64,000 nucleotides of DNA from Bdellovibrionales bacterium (GCA_041690295.1 JAWLHR010000010.1:43580-107579), one strand, 5' to 3'; positions 27,091 to 37,806 are shown, counted from the stretch's first letter. Notes: a model not told the origin generated them from the letters alone. Numbers and translations are program-made.

Positions 27091-27774
27091 ATGAGATCCA
27101 TTAACTGGTTATGCGGGAGTCTGATTGCGATCCTCGCAGCCGGTTCCATCGGTTGCGGACAGACATTCCGACCGTTCGCGAATGATGGCGCCAATACCCA
27201 ATTGGGCGCGGACATCGATGAAACATTGGCGAAAGCGGAAGAGGCGACCCAGGCCGCGAAGGCGGCGATTGATGAAGCCAATCAACTCATCAGTCAAATC
27301 ACCGATGATAACGGCAACATCAATATCGGTTTGTTCACTTCATCCGGATCACAAAAAGTTAGCGCCAACGGCCTCGGCCTTATTGATCCACTGCTTGATG
27401 AACTTCGTGAGGTGATCAATAAAGTTTATGACAAAGCTCTTTTTGTAAAAGAGCAATTAGCCAAGGCCCGTCAGGCTTTGCAGGAGGCTTTGGCCAAGAT
27501 CGATCAAAGCAATCCCGCCAATGCCGGACAGGTCCAGATGATCATGACCCAATTGGCTAAACTGGATCAGTTGGAAGCCCAGTTCTCAAGCTCGATGCAT
27601 TCGTTGGCTTCGAAACTGGATCTGGCGATCGCGGGTCTCGACGGAATCATTCAAGGCGTGATCACCTTCATCCCCGGATGGGGCTCGTTGGTGGGCTTGG
27701 CTCTTGACTTCCTCGTGATGAGCGACGTGAAAGCTCTGATCCTGGAACTTAAGATGAAGTTAATGTCACTATAA
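27091..27774 (+). CDS. Coiled-coil lipoprotein with hydrophobic C-terminal hairpin
   Basis: Lipobox GSIGC; AAGGGGG SD; heptad-rich body. Confidence 0.8.
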   Translation: MRSINWLCGSLIAILAAGSIGCGQTFRPFANDGANTQLGADIDETLAKAEEATQAAKAAIDEANQLISQITDDNGNINIGLFTSSGSQKVSANGLGLIDPLLDELREVINKVYDKALFVKEQLAKARQALQEALAKIDQSNPANAGQVQMIMTQLAKLDQLEAQFSSSMHSLASKLDLAIAGLDGIIQGVITFIPGWGSLVGLALDFLVMSDVKALILELKMKLMSL

Positions 27775-27800
27775 CGAATCGTATAACCATCAACCTCACC

Positions 27801-27830
27801 AGCCCGCTCTTATGTAGCGGGCTTTTTTTT
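27801..27830 (+). terminator. Intrinsic terminator
   Basis: AGCCCGCT-loop-AGCGGGCT followed by a T-run. Confidence 0.9.
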
Positions 27831-28497
27831 GGCCTCTACACCCCGTCTCATAATAGAACATCCTGGACCGAGACTTGATTTGATTGGGGAATTGCCCGAA
27901 AATAAATATAAGGACCGTTGCTGCGCGAAACCCGCGAATGCGGTATCGGCAGCCTTAGCAAGGAGGGCTGTCTACAACAGGAGTCTTTCCGGCGCCCTGA
28001 TCCTGAATTCGGGGTATGAGCCAATCAAGGTTGTGAACTGGAAGAAGGCCATCGTCCTTTGGATCCAGGACAAAGTTGAAGTTCTGGAATTCCATGCTGT
28101 TTGCGTTTCATCACCATCCCGAACATTTCAATTGCCCGCGGTCGTCAGACTTAAGCAATACATTCGCCCGTACCTTTCGCTGACGGTTCGTTTGTCGCGG
28201 CAGAATGTTTTTTTGCGCGACGGTTACACCTGCCAATATTGCTATAACAAGTTTCCTGAACGGCGATTGACCATCGATCATGTGATTCCGCTCAGTAAAG
28301 GCGGCAAACATGAATGGACCAATGTGGTTACCGCTTGCTCCAGCTGCAACAACAAAAAGGGTGATAAGACACCCGAGAAGGCGAATCTGCGGCTGCTGAA
28401 CAAGCCCGAAAAACCGCGCTGGCTGCCGAATCGGGATCTCGAACTCGAGGATAATCGACTGCCCAGCGCCTGGCGCCCTTATCTCGTGGCGCGCTGA
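27829..28497 (+). CDS. HNH endonuclease (start codon uncertain)
   Basis: LILNSGYEP, RDGYTCQYC, TIDHVIPLSKGG, NVVTACSSCNNKK. Confidence 0.88.
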   Translation: MASTPRLIIEHPGPRLDLIGELPENKYKDRCCAKPANAVSAALARRAVYNRSLSGALILNSGYEPIKVVNWKKAIVLWIQDKVEVLEFHAVCVSSPSRTFQLPAVVRLKQYIRPYLSLTVRLSRQNVFLRDGYTCQYCYNKFPERRLTIDHVIPLSKGGKHEWTNVVTACSSCNNKKGDKTPEKANLRLLNKPEKPRWLPNRDLELEDNRLPSAWRPYLVAR

Positions 28498-29870
28498 TAC
28501 TGATAAAGTCCCCAACGGACAGCGGGTGGATCATTAGGATCCGAGGAATACATCCAATTCATCCAGTGCCACATCAAATCCTCTAAGGAAAAATCAGATC
28601 CTTGGAGATTCAAAATGATAGACCGCAGAAGCGGTAGGATTTTGCTCCAGTCCGTGATGGCGGGTGAAATTTGCTGGTAAGCATAAACATTGTTAAGGAT
28701 CCGGCCGTCCCGAATGGGCGTACTCCATTTTTCCCATTCCGGAGTTCCTACTCGGCATGGATTTCGGCTACAGACCGCGTATCCTTCTTCAACGATCACC
28801 ACACGTTTTTCATAAAGGTCTTTTAGTTGCTTCAGAATTCCTTGGGCCCCCAAATTCAAATCAAAATCGGGATTGATCCGGGCGTAGACGGCGCGCCAGA
28901 AATCAGAACTGAACTCGCCGTGAAACTGCTCCTGTGAATAATGAGGCATGTGTTCCTGCTCAATCAATCGAACCTGTTGGCCCCTGAAATCGGGCCAGCG
29001 AAAACGCAGCAAGGCGGAACGTTCAGGATCGGTGTTATACACGGTGAAAATCATGGTGAAGAGAGGGCGAACTTCCTGTGGCACGGTGGAATTGATGGTG
29101 ACAATCGGGAAGGTGTCCGGATCGCGTCCAATCCGCCAGAGGATTTGTGTGTGACCAGAGGTCCCATACAAATAAAGGTGATAGCCTCCGGCTAAAACCG
29201 CCTCAGGCGTGATCTCCACGGGATAACTGTCTTCCCAAAGGGTGTGCGTGTAGGTCATATCGAGCAAGTAATCCAGCGCCGCGCGGAACCTCTGGTCTTC
29301 ATGCCATTCGTCGGCGGTGGGAAGGGACTTCCACTCTTCACGTAACGAGCGGTGGGTGAAAAGTGGTCCTGAACTGAGACGGCTAGCCATTTCAAGACCA
29401 TGCATGCGGGCGAAAATCCAGCGCAGGGCATAGGCCACATCCGCGCAATCCGTGGCGACGCCGTAACGGACCATGAAATCCGTGTCCACTTCACGCTCGA
29501 TCCACTGAGCAAAGCGGATCTCCCAATCCCACGTCCATTTTTCTTTCGCTTGCCAAATCACATCTTCCGGATTGTCCGAGCGAAGTTCCCGATCCGTTTT
29601 GGGAAGCGCGTGGGAGCGGATCAAAGGGCGACCATTTGACCATTCGACGATGGCCTTCCGGGCCGCGCTTTCGGTGGAGAAAATTTCGCGGCGGACCAGT
29701 TCGGGCCAGGAATCTTTTCCCCGTGCGATCTCTTCCAGAATCCAATGACCGCCGCTTTGATAAATCAAAATTCGATGATCGTGATCTTGGCTCGTGTAGG
29801 ATTCAGCGGCCGAGAGACAGGTTGCGAACAAAGTCAGAGCGAGCAGGAAAAGTCTTTTGATGTTTCTCAT
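28479..29870 (-). CDS. Secreted hypothetical protein, possible papain-like (Cys/His) domain
   Basis: Signal peptide from ATG 29870 (MRNIKRLFLLALTLFATCLSA); TDCAD and GHT motifs. Confidence 0.7.
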   Translation of the reverse strand: MRNIKRLFLLALTLFATCLSAAESYTSQDHDHRILIYQSGGHWILEEIARGKDSWPELVRREIFSTESAARKAIVEWSNGRPLIRSHALPKTDRELRSDNPEDVIWQAKEKWTWDWEIRFAQWIEREVDTDFMVRYGVATDCADVAYALRWIFARMHGLEMASRLSSGPLFTHRSLREEWKSLPTADEWHEDQRFRAALDYLLDMTYTHTLWEDSYPVEITPEAVLAGGYHLYLYGTSGHTQILWRIGRDPDTFPIVTINSTVPQEVRPLFTMIFTVYNTDPERSALLRFRWPDFRGQQVRLIEQEHMPHYSQEQFHGEFSSDFWRAVYARINPDFDLNLGAQGILKQLKDLYEKRVVIVEEGYAVCSRNPCRVGTPEWEKWSTPIRDGRILNNVYAYQQISPAITDWSKILPLLRSIILNLQGSDFSLEDLMWHWMNWMYSSDPNDPPAVRWGLYQYQRATR

Positions 29871-30093
29871 AAAATTCAGGCTAAGGAGCCGCGATGTGGG
29901 TTGTAAAGCGACTTGGAGCCTAGGCCTGATGTCACGCCTTTGGCCTAGTCCGCGAAAAAAAACCGCAGGAATATTTTGATACGTGTGGGAATCCGAATCC
30001 TTCGTCCGAGGCAAATCTGGACCGCGTTCGCTTCAATCCATCGTCAGCGAAACCAGGTTTTGGCACCCCGGCTGCAGTTTTTGATCCGTAATT

Positions 30094-31725
30094 ATGATGG
30101 AACTTGCCGTCGTGTTGTACGCCCTCGTGACTCCTGGACTCGCGGGTCCACTTGGCTGTCCCCATGCTCCCAAAGGCGGTGTATTCACTTATCATCGCGC
30201 CGCCGAGCCGCCGTCGTTGAATCCGATCGTCGCCGACGGACACTCGTCCGCTGATATTCAATTCCATGTGATCGAACCGCTGTTGATCACCGATTCCGAC
30301 ACATACGAATGGATTCCGGCTTTGGCCGATCGGTGGCGGCGGCTTCCGGGCGGCCGTGCTTATGAGTTTCACATTCGTCAGGGGGCCAAGTGGAGTGACG
30401 GCCGGCCGGTCACGGCCGAAGACGTAAAGTTCAGCTTTGACGTGTTATTCAATCCCGCGTTTCCCACGGCGCACATGCGGCCGTATTATGAGAGCATTTC
30501 CTCCATTGAAATCGTCGACGCGCGCACCGTGCGATTTCATGTTCGTGATACGGCTTACGCGAATTTCATTTCCTCGGCGGGACTGCCGATCGTTCCCAAA
30601 CATATTTACGAAGATCCCCGGATCGGACCCAAACTCCATGACCGAATCGTTGGCAGCGGTCCTTATGTTTTCAAAGAGTGGAAAAAAGGTGTGCGCATCG
30701 TGCTTTCACGTAATCCGGAATGGTGGGGGTTGAAATCACCGGCATACAAGGGAGCTTATAATCCGGACACGATTATTTTTCGCTTCATCGGCAATCCCAA
30801 TGTCGCCCAGGAAATGTTAAAACGCGGGGAAATCGATTTCATGAATCTGTCCGCGGATGAATATGTCAAATCCACCAACTCCCCCGCATGGGGAGTCAAA
30901 GTTTTTAAGGCCAAAGTTTCCAATCTTTATCCGAAGTCATACCAGTTCATCGCTTGGAATCTGGATCGCCCGTTGTTCAAAGACGTGAGAGTGCGAAGGG
31001 CTCTCGCGCTTTTGATGGACCGAGATCTTATCGTAAAAAAATTCAACTTCGGTTTGACCGTTCCGGCCACGGGTCCGTGGTACCGGCAAAGTGTTTTCGC
31101 GGACCCATCCGTAAACGAAGTTCCTTTTGATCCGGCGAAAGCGTTGGCCCTGTTGAAGACGGCGGGATGGGACGACAAAGACGGTGACGGCGTTCTTGAG
31201 AAAGATGGCGCGCGGTTGGAGTTCACCATACTCATGCCATCCAAAGCGGCTGAGCGGTATCTCACGGTTTTTCAGCAGGACGCGCTGAAAGCCGGCGTCG
31301 CCGTCCGTCTGAAAGTTATCGATGGTTCACAACTCGCGTCCGTGCTCGATCATCGTGACTTCGATGCGGTTCACTTTGATTGGGGCGGCGGACTGGTGGA
31401 CTTTGATCCCAAATCGATGTGGCACTCCTCCAGCATCGGGCCGGGTGGCAATAATTTTTCCGGATACAAAAACCCGCGAGTAGACCGTCTGATCGAGTTG
31501 GCGCGCCACACATCGGATCGGTCAAAGCGCATCCCGCTGATGCGCGCGATTTACCGGATGATCGCCAACGACGCGCCGGCGCTGTTTTTATTCAATGAGA
31601 ATTATTCGTTTTACGCCTATTCGGATCGCGTCGGCCGTCCCACCGAGACTTACCGGTATGACGTCGGCACCAAATACTGGTGGGTGAAACCGAAAGGAGA
31701 AAGCGTTGGTCAAATACATCATTAA
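30094..31725 (+). CDS. Peptide ABC transporter substrate-binding protein (family 5)
   Basis: PALA..YEFHIRQGAKWSDGRPVTAEDVKFSF, GSGPY, DVRVRRAL. Confidence 0.92.
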   Translation: MMELAVVLYALVTPGLAGPLGCPHAPKGGVFTYHRAAEPPSLNPIVADGHSSADIQFHVIEPLLITDSDTYEWIPALADRWRRLPGGRAYEFHIRQGAKWSDGRPVTAEDVKFSFDVLFNPAFPTAHMRPYYESISSIEIVDARTVRFHVRDTAYANFISSAGLPIVPKHIYEDPRIGPKLHDRIVGSGPYVFKEWKKGVRIVLSRNPEWWGLKSPAYKGAYNPDTIIFRFIGNPNVAQEMLKRGEIDFMNLSADEYVKSTNSPAWGVKVFKAKVSNLYPKSYQFIAWNLDRPLFKDVRVRRALALLMDRDLIVKKFNFGLTVPATGPWYRQSVFADPSVNEVPFDPAKALALLKTAGWDDKDGDGVLEKDGARLEFTILMPSKAAERYLTVFQQDALKAGVAVRLKVIDGSQLASVLDHRDFDAVHFDWGGGLVDFDPKSMWHSSSIGPGGNNFSGYKNPRVDRLIELARHTSDRSKRIPLMRAIYRMIANDAPALFLFNENYSFYAYSDRVGRPTETYRYDVGTKYWWVKPKGESVGQIHH

Positions 31726-32713
31726 ACGATTCATAATGATTATTCCCACGCTGTTTGGAATCACCGCCGTCAGTTTTTTTCTGATTCAATTGGCTCCCGG
31801 TGGACCGGTTGAGCAAAAGCTTCAGGAAATCCGTTTCGGAAACAGCGGAAAGCAACGTCCGGAGCGGGTTTCACCGGAAGTGATCCGGGCCCTTGAAAAA
31901 CAATACGGGTTCGATAAGCCCGTGGCTCGGCGCTATTTGGATTGGTTGAATCACCTCGTCCACTTTGATTTCGGATCCAGTTTCGTCTATCAGCGGCCCG
32001 CCATTGATGTGATTTTGGAGCGCGCGCCAGTCTCCGTCGCCTTCGGAACGGCGTCATTTTTAATCACGTATCTCTTGGCGATCGGTTTGGGACTGGTGAT
32101 GGCGGTGTTCGAAAACCGCACCCTCGATGTGGGACTTGGATTCATTCTGGTGTGCTTGGCCGCGATTCCGGCGTTCATGCTGGGTGTTTTGCTTTTGGTT
32201 TTTTTCGCCGGAGATACGTTTTTGAATCTGTTTCCCGTCGGCTATGTTCAGTCGGATAATTACGAAGGTCTCTCCGCCGCCGCGAAAATTTGGGATCGTT
32301 TGCATCATGCGGTCCTGCCGCTCATTTGCTATGTGGCCGGCGGTTTCGCGGTGTTGGCCTTCTTGGGGCGAAATTCGATTCTTGAGGAGTCGCGCAAAGA
32401 TTACGCGCGCACCGCCCGGGCCAAGGGCTTAAAAGAAAGGCTGGTCTACGCCAAACACATTCTGCGCAATTCAATGATTCCTTTAGTGACCGGGCTCGGT
32501 GGCGCCTTGGCCGGTTACTTGAGCGGATCGGTGCTGGTGGAAAGCGTTTTTCAGATCAATGGGCTCGGCTTGCTCAGTTTTCAATCGGTGCTCAGTCGGG
32601 ATTACAACGTCCTCATGGCCCTGCTCGTTCTTTCCAGTCTGCTTTTGCTGGTCGGTAATCTTTTGAGCGATATGATCTACGCCGCGGTCGATCCGCGAAT
32701 AAGGTTCGAATGA
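31706..32713 (+). CDS. Peptide ABC transporter permease (OppB/YejB-like)
   Basis: DYARTARAKGL, HILRN, DPRIRFE. Confidence 0.92.
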   Translation: MVKYIIKRFIMIIPTLFGITAVSFFLIQLAPGGPVEQKLQEIRFGNSGKQRPERVSPEVIRALEKQYGFDKPVARRYLDWLNHLVHFDFGSSFVYQRPAIDVILERAPVSVAFGTASFLITYLLAIGLGLVMAVFENRTLDVGLGFILVCLAAIPAFMLGVLLLVFFAGDTFLNLFPVGYVQSDNYEGLSAAAKIWDRLHHAVLPLICYVAGGFAVLAFLGRNSILEESRKDYARTARAKGLKERLVYAKHILRNSMIPLVTGLGGALAGYLSGSVLVESVFQINGLGLLSFQSVLSRDYNVLMALLVLSSLLLLVGNLLSDMIYAAVDPRIRFE

Positions 32714-33789
32714 TGTGGAAGCGGAGATGGATCCTATTTTGTTCCCATAGGCGGGCGTTGATATCGGCGGTGTTCTTGGCAACCTTCACTTTTTTCAGTT
32801 TCACGGCGGAAATTTGGTCCAACGATAAACCGCTCGTGCTGTCCTATGCGGGCCGCTTGTACTTTCCGGTTTTTCGTCACTATGAGCCCCAAACCTTCCG
32901 TCTCAACGGCACCATGGTGGTGGATTATAAAACGCTGGAATTGGGGAGAGGAGATTGGGCGCTTTGGCCGGTGAATCGTTGGGATCCCTATCACATCAAT
33001 AAATCGGCGGGTGAATTTCCATCTCCTCCCGATGGACGCAATTGGCTGGGAACCGATGACCGCGGCCGTGATGTTTTCGCTCGTCTGCTCTACGGTTATC
33101 GGTACAGTTTGATCTATGCGATTTGCGTTTGGCTGGTGTGTTCGGGTTTGGCGCTGGCCTATGGCGGCATCTGCGGGTTCTTTGGGCATTGGATTGATCT
33201 TTTGGGTCAGCGATTGGTTGAGATCCTGGCCACCATTCCGCAACTCCTCCTTTTGATTTTTATTGTTTCCATTTTTGAACCCTCGATGAAAATTCTGGTG
33301 AGTGTGAGTTGCGCCTTTGGGTGGATCGGTCTCAGTTATTTCGTGCGCGCCGAGGTGCTTCGCACGAGCGGCCAGGATTATGTGGCGGCGGCGCGCGCGT
33401 TGGGGGCATCCAGCTGGCATGTTTTTCGTCATCACATCCTTCCCAACAGCATCGTTCCCCTGGTGACCTTCGCGCCGTTCATGGTCGTGGCCAATATCAT
33501 GGCTCTGGCCGGGTTGGATTTCATGGGCTTGGGTCTGCCCGCGCCCACGCCAAGCTGGGGCGAGCTGATACAACAAACGCAAACATACTTCACCTGGGCG
33601 TGGTGGCTCGCGTTCTTTCCCGCGTTTCTTCTTTTTTTAACCTTGTTGAGTCTGAACTTTTTCGGTGAGGGCGTGCGCTCGGCCTTTGATCCGTCGGCGA
33701 AGATCGTGGAAAAAGCCGGGGCGCCGGAAAGCGCCCCGGTTAAAGAACCATTGATTAGAAAATCTGTTGCGTATCGAGCCCGCTCATAA
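32710..33789 (+). CDS. Peptide ABC transporter permease (OppC/YejE-like)
   Basis: WLGTDDRGRDVFARL, YVAAARALGAS, PSWGEL. Confidence 0.92.
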   Translation: MMWKRRWILFCSHRRALISAVFLATFTFFSFTAEIWSNDKPLVLSYAGRLYFPVFRHYEPQTFRLNGTMVVDYKTLELGRGDWALWPVNRWDPYHINKSAGEFPSPPDGRNWLGTDDRGRDVFARLLYGYRYSLIYAICVWLVCSGLALAYGGICGFFGHWIDLLGQRLVEILATIPQLLLLIFIVSIFEPSMKILVSVSCAFGWIGLSYFVRAEVLRTSGQDYVAAARALGASSWHVFRHHILPNSIVPLVTFAPFMVVANIMALAGLDFMGLGLPAPTPSWGELIQQTQTYFTWAWWLAFFPAFLLFLTLLSLNFFGEGVRSAFDPSAKIVEKAGAPESAPVKEPLIRKSVAYRARS

Positions 33790-36700
33790 AGTCGTTGGTG
33801 GGATAATAAATGACCAACTTCTCTTGGCCGCTCCCGCGTTTGAAGTTGAAGCCCGATTGTGAAAAGCCATTCACCTGAACAACCTCGGGAAGTTCGGCGT
33901 AGGCCTGGCCGCTCGCTTGGCCGGGAATTTTCAGCCAATCTTCATTGCCCAGGTAATCATCGGCTTCGATCATCTCGCCACCGGAGCCCAGAGCCACGAG
34001 TTTGAGCCGGATCGATCCGTCAGCGGTTTTGGCGACTTGTTCAAGAGGCGTTTGAATCACCGCCAGCGTTGAGTGCGGGAATGGTGCCATATCCGAAACC
34101 GCCAACAGCGCCGGTTGATAATTCAGTTGCGTTTCATTGCCCTGTGCTAGCTCCTGCTCGTAAGCCAGACGAAGTTCACGCATTTTCGGAGCATCAACCA
34201 AAACCGAAGCGAACACGCCTTGATTAAAGCCGGCCAGGTTGGATCCCAAAATTCCGGCGAACTCCTGATCCGCTTGACCGTCTTCATCCGCATCAATCAA
34301 AGCGGTGACTTCACAGAAGATCCAGGTCGTCACCGGTTGGTGCAGTTTGAACGCGATCTGGAGAAATTCTTTTTCACCATCATCCGTGGTTTGTTTGATG
34401 ATCCGGTAACCGGCGGAGCGCAGATCGCAGCTACGGCTCTTCCACGCTTCATTCGGCGCGGGCAGGGGTTTCGGCGGATCTTCGGCCAATAGGTTGAATG
34501 GCACCGCGAAGCCGGCGGCTGGACTGGAATTGGTTAAAAGGACCGCATCACCCGCGAGTCCCTGACTTCGGATTTGCGCTGCCTGCGTGGCGATGGCCAA
34601 AGCCGGAAGCTGGGCCACCACTCCATCCTTCGTGCTGAAGAGTACGCGCGCTTCGAACTCCGCGGCATAACTGCCTTGCGATAAGGCGTTCACTTCCGCT
34701 TCCACGTTCAAAACGATTTCAGCTCGGGGAGGAATCACCACTTCGCCGGGAAGCGTGATTTTCAAACCGCCGCTCGAAACCGTGTTGGTCGAAAGCGCGA
34801 GAATACTGTTCGTGAGGTTCTTGAGGGTGACCGAGCGATTCAGTTTGCGCGAGGTGCCGACCTGAACGCGGCCGAGACTGAGCGCGCTCGGCGAGATCAC
34901 TACCGGCGTTTTCAACGCCACATCGGCGCGCACGCGACCGGCGCCCTGCAAAGTCATGGGAATGGGGGTCGAATCCTTCATGAGCACCTTTGACGATCCC
35001 ATGACCAGGCTTTTGAGATCCGCCACCGAAAGCTGGGGGTGCGCTTGACGGAGCAAGGCCATCACGCCGGCCATGTGAGGCGCGGCCATGCTGGTCCCAC
35101 TCGATTGCACGCCCGCGGTGCCTTCACCGATCGCCGCTGAAATAATGGACTGTCCCGGCGCCGCGATTTCGGGTTTCAAAAGATTGTCTTCCGAGCGCGG
35201 TCCTTTGGACGAAAAGTCCGTGATCGTGTCAATCAGCTCGGGTTCGAAAATCTGGTGAGAGGTTTTGAATTCAATACGGACTTCGCCGTTTTTCAAATCT
35301 TCAATCAGTTTTGCGCCGAGGTCGTTACCGATCATCACGGCGGGAATATCGAATTTGAATTCCCCACCCATTTGGAACGCGCGATCGCCCGGTTCGTTGT
35401 TGATCATCACCACGCCGATCGCACCGGCGCCTTGCGCCCGTGCCAGTTTTTCAACAAAGGTCACTTTTCCCCGCATGATGAGGGCCACTTTGTTTTTCAA
35501 CTTGGCTTTGAGTTCTTCGCTGAAATCCTGATCCGCCAGTCCCACATACACCAGAGCTCCTTCAGTGGCGTCGACCTCGCTAATGGGTTTGGAAATCGAA
35601 CCTTCCACCGCCTTGGCCATGAATTGTTCGCCGTCGGCGCCGGTAAAAAGAACCGCGGGAAACTGCCAGTTATGGGCGGAACCGTCCACACTGGCCGCCA
35701 CCGAGATGGCTTCATCGGTGGTTGAAGGCGCTCCCACAATGAAATCCACCGGTCCGGAATTTCCGGCTGACGCCACCACCACGGTTCCGGTACGGGTCAG
35801 ATTCTTAACCGCTTCGCTATACAAAATTTGCGGTTGGCCAAAACCTCCGCCGAGCGAGAGATTCACCACATCGAGCCGGTCGGAAATATCCAGATCGCCA
35901 CTCGGATCGGCGGCATATTCGAATCCCGCGATCACGACGGCGTCCATCGTGCTGCCTTCACGGCCAAAAACCTTGATGGCGTGCACGACCGCATCGGGCG
36001 CCACACCGGAATAAGTTTGGCGTCCGTCGCCGATGCCGGCGATGGTTCCCGCCACGTGGGTTCCGTGACCGGCTTCATCAATGGGATTGGCATCAGGCTT
36101 GGGCAAATGCCTCTCGGCGAATGGCGAGCCGGCGTTGAATTCAGTTCCGACTAGATCGATGCCGCCGACCACTTTCGCGTTGGGAAAATGTTCCGTCATC
36201 GCTTCCGGATGAATGGATTTGAAATCTTCGGGATTGCCGGACCCACCGAGCATGGCATGAGTGTAGTCAATGCCGGTGTCGAGAACGCCGACACTTATAC
36301 CGCGACCGGTAAAGCCTAGTTTATGAACTTTGTCCGCGCCGATAAAATTCACCGAATTGGTGAGACTTGAAAGTTTGGGCGCGGGTTTCAGATCGTTGAA
36401 CAACGGGCGCTCCATCCGCCGGCTGGGTTCCACCGAACGAACACCCGTGATTTTAGAAAGCCGCTTGGCGGAATCCGAAGGCGCGTAAAGCGCGAATCCG
36501 TTCAACACGAGCTGGTAGCGGTAAACGATCTGGGCCTGTGGGGCCAACGACTTGAGTTTTTGTTCGAACTGGGCCTGTTCTTCTTGAACCGCGGCTTTGG
36601 CTTCGGGCGGAATTTCCCAGCCGCCATCGGCGGTGCGTTTCGCCGTTTTTAAAAGCGCCGGCGAATTTAAAGTGACCACGAACATTTCCGGCACAATGCC

Positions 36701-36832
36701 GATCGGACGGTCACTAATGAGATCCGCCGAATGTTCCGATGGTGTGCTTGGTGATTGTGGACCAGTGCACGCGAGCACGGAATGCAGCAGAAACGCCGTC
36801 ATTCCAATGCGAACAATTGAAAGTGATTTCAT
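33755..36832 (-). CDS. S8 subtilisin-like serine protease with I9 propeptide and PA domain (probable lipoprotein)
   Basis: Catalytic motifs VLDTGID, GHGTHVAG, GTSMAAPH; PA insert ALIMRG..F.EK; N-terminal VLAC. Confidence 0.93.
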   Translation of the reverse strand: MKSLSIVRIGMTAFLLHSVLACTGPQSPSTPSEHSADLISDRPIGIVPEMFVVTLNSPALLKTAKRTADGGWEIPPEAKAAVQEEQAQFEQKLKSLAPQAQIVYRYQLVLNGFALYAPSDSAKRLSKITGVRSVEPSRRMERPLFNDLKPAPKLSSLTNSVNFIGADKVHKLGFTGRGISVGVLDTGIDYTHAMLGGSGNPEDFKSIHPEAMTEHFPNAKVVGGIDLVGTEFNAGSPFAERHLPKPDANPIDEAGHGTHVAGTIAGIGDGRQTYSGVAPDAVVHAIKVFGREGSTMDAVVIAGFEYAADPSGDLDISDRLDVVNLSLGGGFGQPQILYSEAVKNLTRTGTVVVASAGNSGPVDFIVGAPSTTDEAISVAASVDGSAHNWQFPAVLFTGADGEQFMAKAVEGSISKPISEVDATEGALVYVGLADQDFSEELKAKLKNKVALIMRGKVTFVEKLARAQGAGAIGVVMINNEPGDRAFQMGGEFKFDIPAVMIGNDLGAKLIEDLKNGEVRIEFKTSHQIFEPELIDTITDFSSKGPRSEDNLLKPEIAAPGQSIISAAIGEGTAGVQSSGTSMAAPHMAGVMALLRQAHPQLSVADLKSLVMGSSKVLMKDSTPIPMTLQGAGRVRADVALKTPVVISPSALSLGRVQVGTSRKLNRSVTLKNLTNSILALSTNTVSSGGLKITLPGEVVIPPRAEIVLNVEAEVNALSQGSYAAEFEARVLFSTKDGVVAQLPALAIATQAAQIRSQGLAGDAVLLTNSSPAAGFAVPFNLLAEDPPKPLPAPNEAWKSRSCDLRSAGYRIIKQTTDDGEKEFLQIAFKLHQPVTTWIFCEVTALIDADEDGQADQEFAGILGSNLAGFNQGVFASVLVDAPKMRELRLAYEQELAQGNETQLNYQPALLAVSDMAPFPHSTLAVIQTPLEQVAKTADGSIRLKLVALGSGGEMIEADDYLGNEDWLKIPGQASGQAYAELPEVVQVNGFSQSGFNFKRGSGQEKLVIYYPTNDFMSGLDTQQIF

Positions 36833-36995
36833 CCCTTTCCCCCTCCCCAGCCAGGCAAGGTAATAGAATGGCCGCTTGCTTGTAAAATTTTTTGCGTGAT
36901 TTCTGTGTTTCGAAAGAATTTACAGGACGGATCGCGTTAGACTCTGCAATCCAATTATGGGTTCGATAAGATAATTTTCTTCAGGAGGGTTCTAT

Positions 36996-37787
36996 ATGAT
37001 GAGGATGGGCTTTTTGATGCTGTTCAACTTTGTATTCTGTTTGAACGCACACGCGCAGAGCATTGCCCTGGAAAATTTGGATGAGAATGACATGCGGAAT
37101 CTCGTTCGCGAGCTTTCGGCCAACTTCAATCACACATCTGTTTCCGGAGCGAGCAGCCTTGGCACCATTTTTGGCTTCGAAGTGGGCTTGGTCGGCGGGA
37201 TGACCAAGACGCCCAAGATTGAAAGTTTGGCCCATGAGGCTGATCCCGGCGCGGACGCCAAGCAAATTCCCCACGGCGAACTGATCGGTATGGTTACGGT
37301 GCCGGCCGGATTCACCGTTGAGGTGGGATACATTCCTAAGGTCGGTAAAGATGACTTCAAATTCAGCAGTTACTCCCTGGGATTGAAATGGACGCCCACG
37401 GACATCCTTTTGGACTGGCCCGTGAGTGTTGCGGGAAAATTTCACCTCACGAAAAGCTCTTTGGAGTTCGCGAACACCATTGGCGGTATTCCGACAAATT
37501 TCGATTATGAAAACACCATCACGGCTTTCACGCTGCTCGTGAGCAAGAACTTCGTTTTAGTTGAACCTTACTTCGGGCTTTCATTCTTAAACACCAAAGG
37601 GGAGTTGGACGTGACCGGATCGACCAACGTTTTCGCGTCGGGCGGAATGTCGGCTTCGGCTTCGCGGTCCTCAACGGGATGGATGCTGGGCGCCGAACTC
37701 AAGCTTTTGGTTTTCAAAATGGGTTTGGAGTACGCCAACCTGTTTGATACCAGCCGCTACACGGCCAAGTTAGCTTTTTACTTCTAA
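36996..37787 (+). CDS. Outer-membrane beta-barrel protein
   Basis: Signal peptide ending AHA; alternating beta-strands; terminal AFYF. Confidence 0.75.
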   Translation: MMRMGFLMLFNFVFCLNAHAQSIALENLDENDMRNLVRELSANFNHTSVSGASSLGTIFGFEVGLVGGMTKTPKIESLAHEADPGADAKQIPHGELIGMVTVPAGFTVEVGYIPKVGKDDFKFSSYSLGLKWTPTDILLDWPVSVAGKFHLTKSSLEFANTIGGIPTNFDYENTITAFTLLVSKNFVLVEPYFGLSFLNTKGELDVTGSTNVFASGGMSASASRSSTGWMLGAELKLLVFKMGLEYANLFDTSRYTAKLAFYF

Positions 37788-37806
37788 AGAAAATCATTGC
37801 GCCGGA

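Noticed and set aside
27829..28497. HNH gene as part of a defence or mobile system, or with a non-canonical start
   Set aside because: It resembles the common stand-alone HNH family and has no partner genes; the start cannot be resolved from sequence alone
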